This document shows, piece after piece, positions 30,118-40,629 of a DNA stretch of 64,000 nt (position 1 is its first letter; each line of letters starts with the position of its first letter). Under the pieces are notes generated by a model, which was given only the letters and a program-made list of their open reading frames with translations, was not told the origin of the DNA and did not search any database. Origin of the DNA: Rhodobacterales bacterium (GTDB lineage Bacteria; Pseudomonadota; Alphaproteobacteria; Rhodobacterales; Rhodobacteraceae); NCBI GenBank assembly GCA_030540655.1, contig JAUNVT010000001.1, positions 1,815 to 65,814 of the forward strand, given 5' to 3'. The position numbers and the translations under genes were made by a program.

Positions 30118-30131
30118 TCAATTCAAATTGA
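30118..30131. repeat. 14-bp perfect palindrome TCAATT-CA-AATTGA in the AT-rich divergent promoter region between the CpdB-like gene and nudC
   Basis: Direct reading. A second small hairpin, ACAAC-CTAAA-GTTGT, follows at 30134..30148. Confidence 0.85.
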
Positions 30132-30239
30132 ACACAACCTAAAGTTGTAATCAATAAGATTGTATTCATCCGTTGCAGTCCTATCACGCTGCTTGCGCGG
30201 TCCCGGGGGTCGTGGCACTGGGTGCAAAAGCCGAGGGAG

Positions 30240-31214
30240 ATGTGGATGAAGCTGGCTGAAGCGGTGACATTCGGAGGCGCCGCGCTGGACCGCGCAGCGC
30301 ATCTGCGGGGGAATGCGGCGGATCTGGACCGTGCAATAGCGGCGGCGGGAGCCGAAACGATCCTGATGTGGCGCGGCAAGCCCTTGGTGCATGCGGGGTC
30401 GCTGGCGCGCCTGGTGCGTTTGGGGCTGGATCATCCGGTACTGGCCGGGGGGCGGCGCATTCTGCTGGGGCGCGCGGGCACGGCCGGGCCGCTCATCATG
30501 GCGCACGACATTTCACATTGGGTGCCCGAGGGGCAGGATACGGCGCCTCTGGACAGTTTTACAGACCCCAGCGAACAGCACCATCCTGCGCTGGCAGAAG
30601 AAGGCGTGTTTGCGGAACTGCGGCGCATCATGACGCTGCTTTCGCCGGGCGATGCGGAACTTGCGGCAACGGCGCGCGGATTGTTTGCCTGGCATGACAG
30701 CCACGGGTTTTGCGCGTGTTGCGGCGCGGCCAGTGACATTTCGATGTCTGGCTGGCAAAGGTGTTGCCCGGTTTGTGGCGCTTCGCATCATCCGCGGACC
30801 GATCCGGTCGTGATCATGCTGATCACGCAGGGCAATTCGGCGCTGATGGGGCGCTCGCCGGGTTGGCCCGAGGGGATGTATTCGCTGCTGGCGGGGTTCG
30901 TCGAGCCGGGCGAGACGATCGAGGCTGCGGTGCGCCGCGAGGTGCATGAAGAGACGGCTGTCAGGGTGGGCGAGGTCGGGTATCTGGCCAGCCAGCCCTG
31001 GCCGTTTCCGGCGTCTCTGATGATGGGCTGCCACGGCACCGCGCTGAGCCGTGAGATAAAGATCGACCCCGGCGAGATAGAGCACGCTTTGTGGATCACG
31101 CGCGAGGATATGATGGAGGCGTTCGCTGGCCGTCACGCCTTTCTGGCCCCGGCGCGGCGCGGCGCGATTGCGCAGTTCCTGCTGTCCAACTGGCTTGCGG
31201 ATCGTCTGGACTGA
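30240..31214 (+). CDS. nudC: NAD(+) diphosphatase (NADH pyrophosphatase)
   Basis: Zinc ribbon CACCGA..CPVCG and Nudix box GFVEPGETIEAAVRREVHEETAV. The start is the ATG at 30240 or 30246, after GAGGGAGA. Confidence 0.9.
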   Translation: MWMKLAEAVTFGGAALDRAAHLRGNAADLDRAIAAAGAETILMWRGKPLVHAGSLARLVRLGLDHPVLAGGRRILLGRAGTAGPLIMAHDISHWVPEGQDTAPLDSFTDPSEQHHPALAEEGVFAELRRIMTLLSPGDAELAATARGLFAWHDSHGFCACCGAASDISMSGWQRCCPVCGASHHPRTDPVVIMLITQGNSALMGRSPGWPEGMYSLLAGFVEPGETIEAAVRREVHEETAVRVGEVGYLASQPWPFPASLMMGCHGTALSREIKIDPGEIEHALWITREDMMEAFAGRHAFLAPARRGAIAQFLLSNWLADRLD

Positions 31215-31221
31215 TGCGTAA

Positions 31222-31245
31222 GGTCCCGCAGCGCGGGCCCCTTTT
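31222..31245 (+). terminator. Candidate intrinsic terminator after nudC
   Basis: GGTCCCGC-AGC-GCGGGCCC (one mismatch) followed by CTTTT. Confidence 0.5.
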
Positions 31246-31259
31246 GCTGCCGACGCAGA

Positions 31260-32093
31260 TCAATCACGACGGGAATCGCGGGGATAGACGCCGAGAATGT
31301 TCATCTCGCTGGTGAAATAGGCCAGCTCTTCCAGCGCGAGCGCAACATTCGGATCTTCGGGATGGCCTTCGATATCCGCATGGAACTGCGTCGCCGAAAA
31401 CGTGCCCCCTACCATGTAGCTTTCCAGTTTCGTCATGTTGACGCTGTTGGTGGCAAAGCCGCCCATCGCCTTGTAAAGCGCGGCAGGAATGTTGCGCACG
31501 GTAAAGAGAAGGCTGGTCATCATGCCCGCCGCGCCGCGCCGCGAATGGTCGGGGGCGGGGGCCATGACCAGAAAACGGGTGGTGTTGTCGCCCTCATCCT
31601 CGATCCCGTCGGCGAGCATTTCCAGCCCGTAAATTTCGCCTGCAAGCGCGCTGGCCAGCGCGGCAGTTTCCGCAACGGCCGCCTCGGATACCTGACGCGC
31701 CGATCCGGCGGTGTCGGCGCCGGTGATGCGCCGGATGCCATGCGCCTCAAGAAAGCCACGGCACTGGCCCAGCAACATGGGGTGGCTCATGGCCTGCCGG
31801 ATGCCGTCTAGCGGCGTGCCGGGCACCGCCAGAAGGGCAATGCGCACCCGCACGAACGCCTCGCCTATGATGTGCAGCCCGCTGCCCGGCAGCAGGTGGT
31901 GAATGTCGGCCACGCGCCCGAATGTCGAATTTTCCACCGGCAGCATCGCAAGGCCTGCTGCGCCGCTGCGCACTGCCTCGATCGCCTCCTCAAAGCTGCG
32001 GCAGGGCAGGACGGATGCGCCGGGATATGTCTCGCGGCAGGCCTGATGGGAATAGGCTCCGGGCTCTCCCTGAAAGGCAATGGTCTGCGGCAT
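31260..32093 (-). CDS. pheA: Prephenate dehydratase
   Basis: IAFQGEPGAYSHQA at the N-terminus, a TRF motif and a C-terminal ACT-like region. Confidence 0.9.
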   Translation of the reverse strand: MPQTIAFQGEPGAYSHQACRETYPGASVLPCRSFEEAIEAVRSGAAGLAMLPVENSTFGRVADIHHLLPGSGLHIIGEAFVRVRIALLAVPGTPLDGIRQAMSHPMLLGQCRGFLEAHGIRRITGADTAGSARQVSEAAVAETAALASALAGEIYGLEMLADGIEDEGDNTTRFLVMAPAPDHSRRGAAGMMTSLLFTVRNIPAALYKAMGGFATNSVNMTKLESYMVGGTFSATQFHADIEGHPEDPNVALALEELAYFTSEMNILGVYPRDSRRD

Positions 32094-32238
32094 GGTCTGA
32101 TATCCCTTGGATGAAGCGCCCGCGGGGCAGGCTGTAACTGGCGGAGGCAGGCATTTGACCTTCGGAAACTATACCTTGCGCAAAGGGAGGGGAAGCGGAT
32201 AGATACGCGGCCAAAGCACATCAAATGGAAGCGAGTAC

Positions 32239-32760
32239 ATGTTCGACACAATGACACTCACAAAGGTTTCAGGCGCTCTTTTCGGCGCGCTTCTGGTCTT
32301 CCTGCTGGGCAAGTTCGTGGCAGAAGAGATTTACTCTCCGCGCGTGGCTCATAATGGTGACGAAATCGTGCAGGGTTATGTGGTCGACACCGGCGACGAT
32401 GATGCGCCCGTAGAGGAAGATACCGGCCCCTCCTTTGACGAGGTCTATGCCTCGGCTGATGCGGGCAAGGGCGAGAAGGTTTTCAACAAGTGCAAGGCCT
32501 GCCACCAGCTTGAGAAGGGCGCCAACGCAACCGGCCCATATCTTTACGGTGTTGTGGACCGCCCCGTGGATACTGCCGAAGGTTACAGCTATTCCGGGGC
32601 GCTGGAAAAAGTGGTTGACGTATGGACGCCAGAGCATCTGAACGGGTTTCTGGAGAATCCCCAAGGCTACGCACCGGGTACCGCCATGGGCTTCGCCGGT
32701 TTGAAAAGCGTTGACGACCGCGCCAATGTCATCGCGTATCTGGCAACCATCGACGACTGA
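32239..32760 (+). CDS. cycM: Membrane-anchored c-type cytochrome (c552/CycM-like)
   Basis: N-terminal anchor GALFGALLVFLLGKFV, an acidic linker and heme site CKACHQ. Confidence 0.8.
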   Translation: MFDTMTLTKVSGALFGALLVFLLGKFVAEEIYSPRVAHNGDEIVQGYVVDTGDDDAPVEEDTGPSFDEVYASADAGKGEKVFNKCKACHQLEKGANATGPYLYGVVDRPVDTAEGYSYSGALEKVVDVWTPEHLNGFLENPQGYAPGTAMGFAGLKSVDDRANVIAYLATIDD

Positions 32761-32788
32761 TCACCGTCTTTAATGGCAGCGATACGAG

Positions 32789-32815
32789 GAGCGGCCCGAG
32801 GCCGCTCTTTTTTTT
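32789..32815 (+). terminator. Strong intrinsic terminator after cycM
   Basis: GAGCGGCC-CGA-GGCCGCTC is a perfect 8-bp stem followed by T8. Confidence 0.9.
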
Positions 32816-32952
32816 GCATGTGTTTGCGGAAAATCATGCAGCGTATCGCAGGCCTCTTTTCCGTGCTTGAATGTTGCATCCCCGCTCCGGTAGCGTGCGC
32901 GGGAATGTCCGCCTTGCCGCCCGGCGGCGCGGATCACGCAAGGAGGACACCC

Positions 32953-34899
32953 ATGCCCCGGCACATCATCGCCACATCCTGCGCCGCCGGACGACGGCCC
33001 GCGCTGCTATCGCTTTTGCGCGCCGCTGCCATAGGGCTTGGGGCGCTGGTATGGGCGCAGGCGGCTTGCGCGCAGGAGGCGGGGGAGGATATCATTCAAT
33101 CGCACGGGTACAGCTATTTCGGCGATCTGAAATATCCCGCAGATTACGCGCATTTCGATTACGTGAACCCGGATGCGCCCAAAGGCGGTGAAATTGCGCT
33201 GGATGCGGCGGGCACGTTCGATTCGATGAACCCCTATTCCCGCAAGGGCCGCGCCGGGGCCTACTCCTGGATGGTTTATGAGAGCCTTCTGGGCGACATG
33301 TTGGCCACAAGCGAGGGGTTGCCTGCCGACACTTATGGCGAGGCATATGGGTTGCTGGCCGAAAGTCTTGAATATGACGCGGGGAAGAACTGGGTCATCT
33401 TTCACATGCGCCCCGAAGCGAAGTTCTCCGATGGCACGCCCGTCACGGCGCAGGATGTCGTATTCTCGCATAACCTGTTTCTGGAACAGGGGCTGCAATC
33501 CTATGCCGACGCGGTCAAACGCCGGGTAACCGGAGCCGAGGCACTGGATGATCACACGGTAAAATTCACCTTCGCGCCCAATATTTCACGCCGGTCACTG
33601 GTGGATCAGGTGGGCGCGGTGCCCGTGTTTCCCAAGGCGTGGTACGAAAAGACCGGTGCCCGTCTGGACGAGCCGCGCCTTGATGCCGCGCCGGGATCCG
33701 GGCCCTACATCATGGACAGCGCCGAAGTGAACAGGCGCATCATCTACAAGCGCAACCCTGAATACTGGGGCCGCGATCTGCCGATCAACGTCGGGCGGCA
33801 CAATTTCGACACCATTCGAATCGAGTATTTTGCCGATGATTCCGCCGCGTTTCAGGCCTTCGCCGCCGGGGAGTATACGTTTCGGCAGGAGACGAATTCA
33901 AAGACATGGGCGACGGGGTATGACTTCCCTGCTGTCAAAAAAGGTTTGATAAAGCTGGAAGAATTGCCTGATGGTACTCCGCCGAGCCCTTCGGGGATCA
34001 TCTTCAACCTAGGGCGGGAGGCGTTGAAGGACAAGCGTGTGCGGCAGGCGATCGCGCTCGCCTTCAATTTCGAATGGACAAACGAGAGCCTGCAATATGG
34101 CCTGTTCAAGCAGCGTGCCTCCTTTGTTCAGGATACAGCGCTGCAGGCCGAGGGCCCGCCCGAAGGCGCCGAGCTGGAACTGCTGGAAAGCCTTGGTGAT
34201 GTCATTCCGCCGGACATGCTGACCGAACCTGCCGTGATGCCGCATACATCCGATCCTGAACGGCTGACCGACCGGCGCAACCTGCGCCGCGCGATGGCTC
34301 TGCTGGACGAAGCCGGCTGGCCTGTGGGCGCCGATGGCATCCGCCGCAATGCCGCGGGCAAGAAGCTGAGCCTTGAATTTCCCATCCCCTCCTCGGGGTC
34401 CGCCACCATCGGCGCGGTGGTCGAAAACTTTGTGCAGAACCTGCAATCGATGGGCATTGACGCCAGGATGGACAAGATCGATCCATCGCAATACACCTTG
34501 CGCAGCCGTGATCGCGATTACGATCTGGTCTTTGATAATTACACGTCCTTCCTGCAGCCCGGGACCGGCCTGATGCAGCGCTTCGGCAGTCAGGAGGCGG
34601 CCTTCAGCCTGTTCAACCCCGCCGGACTGGCCAGCCCGATGGTGGATGCGATCATCAACGCGGCGCTTGAGACGGAAGATCAGAAATCACAGGATGCCGC
34701 GCTGATGGCGCTGGACCGGGCATTGCGGTATGAATTTTTCATGATCCCGGTGTGGTATAACGACGTCCACTGGGTCGCCTACTGGGATATGTTCGCGCAT
34801 CCGGAAAAGATGCCGCCTTATGCGCTGGGCGTGCTGGATTTCTGGTGGGTGGACGCAGAAAAGGCAGCGGCGCTGAAATCCTCCGGCGCGCTGAGGTAG
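32953..34899 (+). CDS. yejA: ABC transporter periplasmic substrate-binding protein, family 5 (YejA-like)
   Basis: Signal peptide ..[13 protein letters not shown], and the conserved yejABEF order. The start was trimmed to MPRHIIAT because the ORF-track start at 32773 precedes the cycM terminator. Confidence 0.85.
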   Translation: MPRHIIATSCAAGRRPALLSLLRAAAIGLGALVWAQAACAQEAGEDIIQSHGYSYFGDLKYPADYAHFDYVNPDAPKGGEIALDAAGTFDSMNPYSRKGRAGAYSWMVYESLLGDMLATSEGLPADTYGEAYGLLAESLEYDAGKNWVIFHMRPEAKFSDGTPVTAQDVVFSHNLFLEQGLQSYADAVKRRVTGAEALDDHTVKFTFAPNISRRSLVDQVGAVPVFPKAWYEKTGARLDEPRLDAAPGSGPYIMDSAEVNRRIIYKRNPEYWGRDLPINVGRHNFDTIRIEYFADDSAAFQAFAAGEYTFRQETNSKTWATGYDFPAVKKGLIKLEELPDGTPPSPSGIIFNLGREALKDKRVRQAIALAFNFEWTNESLQYGLFKQRASFVQDTALQAEGPPEGAELELLESLGDVIPPDMLTEPAVMPHTSDPERLTDRRNLRRAMALLDEAGWPVGADGIRRNAAGKKLSLEFPIPSSGSATIGAVVENFVQNLQSMGIDARMDKIDPSQYTLRSRDRDYDLVFDNYTSFLQPGTGLMQRFGSQEAAFSLFNPAGLASPMVDAIINAALETEDQKSQDAALMALDRALRYEFFMIPVWYNDVHWVAYWDMFAHPEKMPPYALGVLDFWWVDAEKAAALKSSGALR

Positions 34900-34906
34900 G
34901 CGGGCG

Positions 34907-35995
34907 ATGGGAGCCTATATCCTGCGGCGTCTGCTTCTGATCATTCCGACATTGCTGGGGATCATGGTCATCAACTTTGCGCTGGTACAGTTCGTGCCGG
35001 GCGGCCCGGTGGAGCAGGCAATCGCGAACATGCAAGGCAAGGGAGATGTGTTCGACAGCTTTGCCGGCGGCGGCAGCGATGCGGGCCCCGCCATGGATGC
35101 GGGCGGGGGCGACAAATATGTCGGCGCGCGCGGCCTGCCGTCCGAGATGATTGCCGAGCTTGAAAGGCAGTTCGGTCTGGACAAGCCGCCGCTGGAGCGA
35201 TTCCTGAACATGATGTGGAATTACGCCCGTTTTGATTTCGGCGAGAGCTACTTTCGCAAGATCAATGTCACCTCTCTGGTACTGGAGAAGATGCCGGTAT
35301 CCATCAGCCTTGGCCTCTGGTCGACCTTGATTGCCTATCTGATTTCCATCCCCCTCGGCGTGGCCAAGGCGGTGCGCGACGGCAGCAGTTTCGATACTTG
35401 GACGAGCGGCATCATCATCGTCGCCTATGCGATACCTGCGTTCCTTTTCGCCATCATGCTGCTCGTGCTGTTTGCGGGAGGAAGTTACTGGAAACTGTTT
35501 CCGCTGCGCGGCCTTACGTCGGATAATTTCGATCAACTCAGCCTGATCGGGAAAGCGCTGGATTATCTGTGGCACATCACCCTGCCGGTGCTGGCCAGCA
35601 CCATCGCCGCCTTTGCGACCCTGACATTGCTGACCAAGAACAGCTTTCTGGACGAGGTGAAGAAGCAATACGTGATGACGGCCCGTGCCAAGGGTCTGAG
35701 CGAGCGGCAGGTGCTTTACGGTCATGTGTTCCGCAACGCGATGCTGATCGTGATTGCCGGATTTCCCACGGTATTCATAGGTATCTTTTTCGGCGGATCT
35801 GTTCTGATCGAAACGATATTTTCACTTGATGGGCTGGGCAGGCTGGGATTCGAGGCCGCGGTGGGCCGGGATTACCCGGTCATGTTCGGCACGCTGTTCC
35901 TCTTTGGCCTGATCGGGCTGGTGGTCAATATCCTCAGCGATCTGATGTATGTCCTGGTCGATCCGAGGATCGATTTTGAAAAGCGGGAGGGCTGA
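34907..35995 (+). CDS. yejB: ABC transporter permease (YejB-like)
   Basis: N-terminal [21 protein letters not shown] and a BPD-type permease core. Confidence 0.88.
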   Translation: MGAYILRRLLLIIPTLLGIMVINFALVQFVPGGPVEQAIANMQGKGDVFDSFAGGGSDAGPAMDAGGGDKYVGARGLPSEMIAELERQFGLDKPPLERFLNMMWNYARFDFGESYFRKINVTSLVLEKMPVSISLGLWSTLIAYLISIPLGVAKAVRDGSSFDTWTSGIIIVAYAIPAFLFAIMLLVLFAGGSYWKLFPLRGLTSDNFDQLSLIGKALDYLWHITLPVLASTIAAFATLTLLTKNSFLDEVKKQYVMTARAKGLSERQVLYGHVFRNAMLIVIAGFPTVFIGIFFGGSVLIETIFSLDGLGRLGFEAAVGRDYPVMFGTLFLFGLIGLVVNILSDLMYVLVDPRIDFEKREG

Positions 35996-37102
35996 ATGGC
36001 CCTATCGCCCCTCAACCAGCGTCGCTGGCGCAATTTCCGCCGCAACCGGCGCGCGTTCTGGTCGCTGATCCTGTTCGCGATCGTATTCGGGCTCAGCCTG
36101 TTCGCCGAGTTTCTGGCCAATGACAAACCGATTCTGGTGCAGTTTCGCGGAGAGTTCTATACGCCCATCTTCAAATTCTACCCGGAAACCGAGTTCGGCG
36201 GCGACTTCAAGACCGAGGCGATCTATCGCGATCCAGAGGTGCGCTGCCTGATCGCATCGGGCGGACTGGATACGTGTTTCGACGATCCCGAAGGGGTGAT
36301 GGCGCAGGCGAAGACGGGCGCAGTGGACGGCGAAAGCATCCAGCGCGGCTGGGCGATCTGGCCGCCCATCCCCTACAGCTACGACACGCCGGTCGACCGC
36401 CCCGGTGCGGCGCCTCTGCCGCCCAACGCGCAGAACCTGCTGGGCACCGATAATACCAAACGCGACGTGCTGGCCCGGGTCATCTACGGGTTCCGTCTGT
36501 CGGTGCTGTTCACGCTGATCGTGACCACGCTCGCGTCGATCCTCGGGATCGCGGCCGGGGCGGTGCAGGGGTATTTCGGCGGCTGGCTGGACCTGACATT
36601 TCAGCGCTTCATCGAAATCTGGGCGTCAACGCCGCAGCTTTACGTGATCATCATCCTCTTCGCGATCCTGCCACGAGGCTTCTGGCTGTTGGTGGCGATT
36701 ACCGTGCTGTTCGGATGGATGGCATTGGTGGGGGTCGTGCGCGCCGAGTTCCTGCGCGCGCGCAATCTGGAATATGTGCGCGCGGCCAAGGCTTTGGGCG
36801 TCAGCAACGCGCGGATCATGTTCCGGCACATGCTGCCCAACGCCATGGTGGCGACGCTGACCATGCTGCCTTTTGTCATTACCGGCACGATTTCCCTGCT
36901 GGCGGGGCTGGATTTTCTGGGCTTTGGCCTGCCGTCCTCCTCGCCCTCCCTGGGGGAATTGACGCTGCAGGCCAAGAATAACCTTCAGGCGCCCTGGCTG
37001 GCCTTCACTGCGTTTTTCGCCTTTGCGATCATGCTGTCGCTGCTGGTCTTCATCTTCGAGGGCGTGCGCGACGCGTTCGATCCGCGAAAGACATTTCAAT
37101 GA
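35996..37102 (+). CDS. yejE: ABC transporter permease (YejE-like)
   Basis: NLLGTDNTKRDVLARVIYG and a permease core. It starts directly after the yejB stop. Confidence 0.88.
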   Translation: MALSPLNQRRWRNFRRNRRAFWSLILFAIVFGLSLFAEFLANDKPILVQFRGEFYTPIFKFYPETEFGGDFKTEAIYRDPEVRCLIASGGLDTCFDDPEGVMAQAKTGAVDGESIQRGWAIWPPIPYSYDTPVDRPGAAPLPPNAQNLLGTDNTKRDVLARVIYGFRLSVLFTLIVTTLASILGIAAGAVQGYFGGWLDLTFQRFIEIWASTPQLYVIIILFAILPRGFWLLVAITVLFGWMALVGVVRAEFLRARNLEYVRAAKALGVSNARIMFRHMLPNAMVATLTMLPFVITGTISLLAGLDFLGFGLPSSSPSLGELTLQAKNNLQAPWLAFTAFFAFAIMLSLLVFIFEGVRDAFDPRKTFQ

Positions 37103-38721
37103 GCCTTCTGGAGGTTGAAAACCTGACCATCGCCTTTCGGCAGGATGGGAAGCGTATCGAAGCGGTGCATGGCGTCAGCTTTACCGTGGACCGGGGCGAG
37201 ACGGTTGCGTTGGTGGGGGAGTCGGGGTCGGGCAAATCGGTGACGGCACTGTCCACGGTATCATTGCTGGGCGATTCCGCCGAAGTGGGCGGATCCGTCC
37301 GCTATGACGGGCAGGAAATGATCGGCGCATCCCCGCGGCACCTGCGCCGCGTGCGGGGCAACGATATCAGCTTCATCTTTCAGGAGCCGATGACATCGCT
37401 GAACCCGCTGCACACGCTGGAGCGGCAGCTGGCGGAATCACTGGAATTGCATCAGGGGCTGCGCGGCGGCCCGGCCCGCGCCCGCATCATCGAATTGCTG
37501 AGCGAGGTTGGCATCCGCGATCCCGAAAGCCGTCTGGATGCTTATCCGCATCAGTTGTCGGGCGGGCAGCGGCAGCGCGTGATGATCGCCATGGCATTGG
37601 CGAACAAGCCCGACATCCTGATCGCGGACGAGCCGACAACGGCGCTGGACGTCACCATTCAGGCACAGATCCTGGATTTGCTGGCCGAGTTGAAAAGTCG
37701 CGACATGGGCATGCTGTTCATCACCCATGATCTGACCATCGTGCGGCGCATCGCAGACAAGGTCTGCGTCATGAAGGATGGCCGCATTGTCGAGGCGGGT
37801 CTGACCGCCGAGGTATTCGCCAACCCCCAGCATGCCTATACACGCACGCTGCTGAACGCGCAGGCGGTCGGCAGGCCGGATCCGGTGCCCGAGGCGGCGC
37901 CTGTGATAGTCGAGACAAAGGATCTGCGCGTCTGGTTTCCCATTCAGAAAGGCTTCCTGAAAAAGACCGTCGGCCATGTCAAGGCGGTGAACAATGCCAG
38001 CATCCGCGTACGCGCGGGGGAGACGCTTGGCATCGTGGGCGAATCGGGGTCGGGCAAGACCACGCTGGCGCTGGCGATCATGCGCCTGATCGCGTCTCAG
38101 GGCGGCATCACCTTTGCAGGCGAGGATGTGCGGGGCTGGTCAACGCGCCAGCTTCGCCGTCATCGCGCCGATATGCAGATCGTGTTTCAGGACCCCTATG
38201 GCAGCCTGTCCCCGCGCATGACCTGCGCCGAGATCATTTCCGAAGGCTTGGGCGTGCATGGCAATCCTGCCGGGCGCGACGAAAAAAGATCCCTCCGCGA
38301 TATGGTGGGAGATGTTCTGGATGAGGTGGAACTACCCCGCTCTTCGATGGACCGCTATCCCCATGAGTTTTCGGGCGGGCAGCGTCAGCGCATCGCCATA
38401 GCGCGCGCAATGATCCTGCGGCCGCGTCTGCTCGTTCTGGACGAGCCGACAAGCGCACTGGACATGACGGTTCAGGTTCAGATCGTCGATCTTTTGCGCC
38501 GCCTGCAGGTGAAATACGGACTGGCCTATCTGTTCATCAGCCATGATCTGATCGTCGTCCGCGCGATGAGCCACAAGATCGTCGTGATGAAACAAGGCGA
38601 TGTGATCGAGGCGGGAACCGCCGAGGATCTCTTCGAGCGGCCTCAAACGCCTTATGCCCGCAGCCTGCTGCGTGCCGCACTCAACCCTGCCGGGGAGGGG
38701 GATAACGCCGCGAGACTGTAA
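37099..38721 (+). CDS. yejF: ABC transporter ATP-binding protein with two ABC domains (YejF-like)
   Basis: Two Walker A motifs (GESGSGKS twice) and two LSGGQRQR signatures. Confidence 0.92.
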   Translation: MSLLEVENLTIAFRQDGKRIEAVHGVSFTVDRGETVALVGESGSGKSVTALSTVSLLGDSAEVGGSVRYDGQEMIGASPRHLRRVRGNDISFIFQEPMTSLNPLHTLERQLAESLELHQGLRGGPARARIIELLSEVGIRDPESRLDAYPHQLSGGQRQRVMIAMALANKPDILIADEPTTALDVTIQAQILDLLAELKSRDMGMLFITHDLTIVRRIADKVCVMKDGRIVEAGLTAEVFANPQHAYTRTLLNAQAVGRPDPVPEAAPVIVETKDLRVWFPIQKGFLKKTVGHVKAVNNASIRVRAGETLGIVGESGSGKTTLALAIMRLIASQGGITFAGEDVRGWSTRQLRRHRADMQIVFQDPYGSLSPRMTCAEIISEGLGVHGNPAGRDEKRSLRDMVGDVLDEVELPRSSMDRYPHEFSGGQRQRIAIARAMILRPRLLVLDEPTSALDMTVQVQIVDLLRRLQVKYGLAYLFISHDLIVVRAMSHKIVVMKQGDVIEAGTAEDLFERPQTPYARSLLRAALNPAGEGDNAARL

Positions 38722-38848
38722 ATCTCCCATACGGAACAGGCAGCGGGCGCGCAGCTATGCTGACGCCAGTTGTCATTTATCCTGCCAAAGTTTAAACAGG
38801 ATAATGGACCTGTCATCAATCCCGGCGGGCGCAGAGGGAGTCGCGGGT

Positions 38849-39592
38849 ATGTCTGCCGAGCCGATCATCCATATGCCTCAGGACTGTAGCGAATGCCCGA
38901 TCCGGCACCGCGCGGTCTGCGCACGGTGCGATCCTGGCGAATTGGAAGAACTGGACCGTATCAAATATTACCGTAGCTTTCAGGCGGGCCAGACGGTTAT
39001 CTGGTCCGGCGACCGAATGGATTTTGTCGGCTCCGTCGTTTCGGGAATCGCAACGCTTACCCAGACAATGGAGGATGGCAGAACCCAGATGGTGGGGCTT
39101 CTTCTGCCCAGCGATTTTGTGGGGCGTCCGGGGCGCGACGAGGCGCCGTATAATGTTGTCGCGACAAGCGATCTGGTCATGTGCTGTTTCCGCAAACGCC
39201 CGTTCGAGCAGATCATCACCACCACGCCGCGCATTTCGCAGCGGCTTCTGGAAATGACCCTGGATGAGTTGGATGCGGCGCGGGAGTGGATGCTGGTGCT
39301 GGGCCGAAAGACTGCACGCGAAAAGATAGCGTCGCTTCTGGCGATCATCGCGCGGCGCAGCGCAGTGGCCACCCTGACGGAAGATATGCGCCGGGCCGTC
39401 TTTGATCTGCCGCTGACCCGCGAAGCGATGTCGGATTATCTGGGATTGACGCTGGAGACGGTAAGCCGCCAGATCTCGTCGCTCAAACGCGACGGGGTGA
39501 TCGAATTGCAAGGCAAGCGCCATGTTACCGTCCCTGATTTCGCGCGCCTGCTGAGCGAGGCGGGCGACGACGGCGACGCGATGGTTCGGTAA
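38849..39592 (+). CDS. fnrL: Crp/Fnr-family oxygen-responsive regulator FnrL
   Basis: The cysteine cluster CSECPIRHRAVCARC resembles R. sphaeroides FnrL. The C-terminal HTH is EAMSDYLGLTLETVSRQIS. The start was trimmed to MSAEPIIH (247 aa). Confidence 0.9.
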   Translation: MSAEPIIHMPQDCSECPIRHRAVCARCDPGELEELDRIKYYRSFQAGQTVIWSGDRMDFVGSVVSGIATLTQTMEDGRTQMVGLLLPSDFVGRPGRDEAPYNVVATSDLVMCCFRKRPFEQIITTTPRISQRLLEMTLDELDAAREWMLVLGRKTAREKIASLLAIIARRSAVATLTEDMRRAVFDLPLTREAMSDYLGLTLETVSRQISSLKRDGVIELQGKRHVTVPDFARLLSEAGDDGDAMVR

Positions 39593-39645
39593 CCCGGTGC
39601 CGGTTGCCTGTCCTTCGGATGATCTGTTCCAATCCGGCGCCATCT

Positions 39646-40485
39646 TCAGTGTGACATGAACAGCGGCAGATGCGCGTTCTCCAGCAGGTTGCGGGTGGCG
39701 CCTCCAAACATCGATTCGCGCAGGCGGGAGTGGCCATAAGCCCCCAGCACCATCAATTCAGCATTCATATCAGAAGCGCGTTGTAGCAGGATGTCGGGGA
39801 CGCGGGGCAAGGTGAGTGCCAGCACGTCGATTTCCACATGCAGACCGTGACGGGCCAGAAATTGCGACACCCGTCCGCCCGGATCAGACCTGTCAGGGCC
39901 ATGGACCGGCGGGTCGACAATGACAACATGCACCTTCGATGCGCGCAGCAGGATGGGTAACGCGGCCCGCACTGCGCTCATTGCCTCGAAGCTGTCATTC
40001 CAGGCGATCATAACCCGTTCGGGGGTCTCGGGCATCACAGCGCCTTCGGGCACGATCAGGGCAGGCAGACGGCCATTGAACAGACATGCCTCGGCTGCGG
40101 CCTCGACCTCACCGCCCGCGCCCTCGACATAGGGTTTGGGCACAACGGCAAGGTCCGCGTAACGCGCTTCGGCGCCAATGCGGCGCCCCATATCGGCAAT
40201 GGGCGCGACCTCGATGTTGCTGCACCAGCGGATGCCGCTCCCTTCCATATGCTTGATGGCGGCAGCGCGGATTTCGGCGGCGCGGTCTTGCGCGCGGGCA
40301 AGGCATTGTTCAACCAAGGCCGCCGAGGCAGAAGCGTGGAAATACCCGATCTGGGAGGCATCGACACCAATGCACATGATATCCAGATGGGCGTCATGCG
40401 TGCGCGCCAGAACCGTCGCCGCATCAAGTGCAGGCGCGATCAAGGCAGGATCGGTCAGCACAGTGAAGAGGGATTTGATGGGCAT
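39646..40485 (-). CDS. Tandem universal stress protein (UspA family)
   Basis: There are two Usp domains, and the C-terminal motif LMVLGAYGHSRLRESMFGGATRNLL is present. Confidence 0.85.
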   Translation of the reverse strand: MPIKSLFTVLTDPALIAPALDAATVLARTHDAHLDIMCIGVDASQIGYFHASASAALVEQCLARAQDRAAEIRAAAIKHMEGSGIRWCSNIEVAPIADMGRRIGAEARYADLAVVPKPYVEGAGGEVEAAAEACLFNGRLPALIVPEGAVMPETPERVMIAWNDSFEAMSAVRAALPILLRASKVHVVIVDPPVHGPDRSDPGGRVSQFLARHGLHVEIDVLALTLPRVPDILLQRASDMNAELMVLGAYGHSRLRESMFGGATRNLLENAHLPLFMSH

Positions 40486-40579
40486 TAGGCTCTCCTTGCA
40501 GGCGTATCGATGCGACCGGGCGACGCGTTGCGGGCCCTGGGCGACTGTGTCACCCTAGCGCAGGGCCGAAAGGTGAAAC

Positions 40580-40593
40580 TTGATCCGTATCAA
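40580..40593. promoter_or_regulatory. Perfect FNR/FnrL box TTGAT-CCGT-ATCAA (usp-proximal)
   Basis: Exact match to TTGAT-N4-ATCAA. The centre is about 101 bp from the usp start codon. Confidence 0.8.
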
Positions 40594-40615
40594 TATACGG
40601 ACCAAGATCTAGCTC

Positions 40616-40629
40616 TTGATGCAGATCAA
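40616..40629. promoter_or_regulatory. Perfect FNR/FnrL box TTGAT-GCAG-ATCAA (ccoN-proximal)
   Basis: Exact consensus match, with its centre about 103 bp upstream of the ccoN ATG and 36 bp from the first box. Confidence 0.8.

Noticed and set aside
32773-32952. An N-terminal extension of yejA in the ORF track. Similar extensions affect pyrD, DUF952, soxG, soxB, mnmD, yggS, leuS, nadE, the CpdB-like gene, fnrL, ccoN, ccoG, phaB, ETF-QO and greA.
   Set aside because: The yejA extension starts before the strong cycM terminator (32789..32815). The other extensions overlap upstream genes or add non-homologous Arg/Pro-rich leaders. Internal starts give the lengths expected for each family.
38790-38848. 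A possible FNR box upstream of fnrL (autoregulation)
   Set aside because: Only a half-site (ATCAA at about 38815..38819) is present. The expected partner position reads GGACC, with no match to TTGAT.
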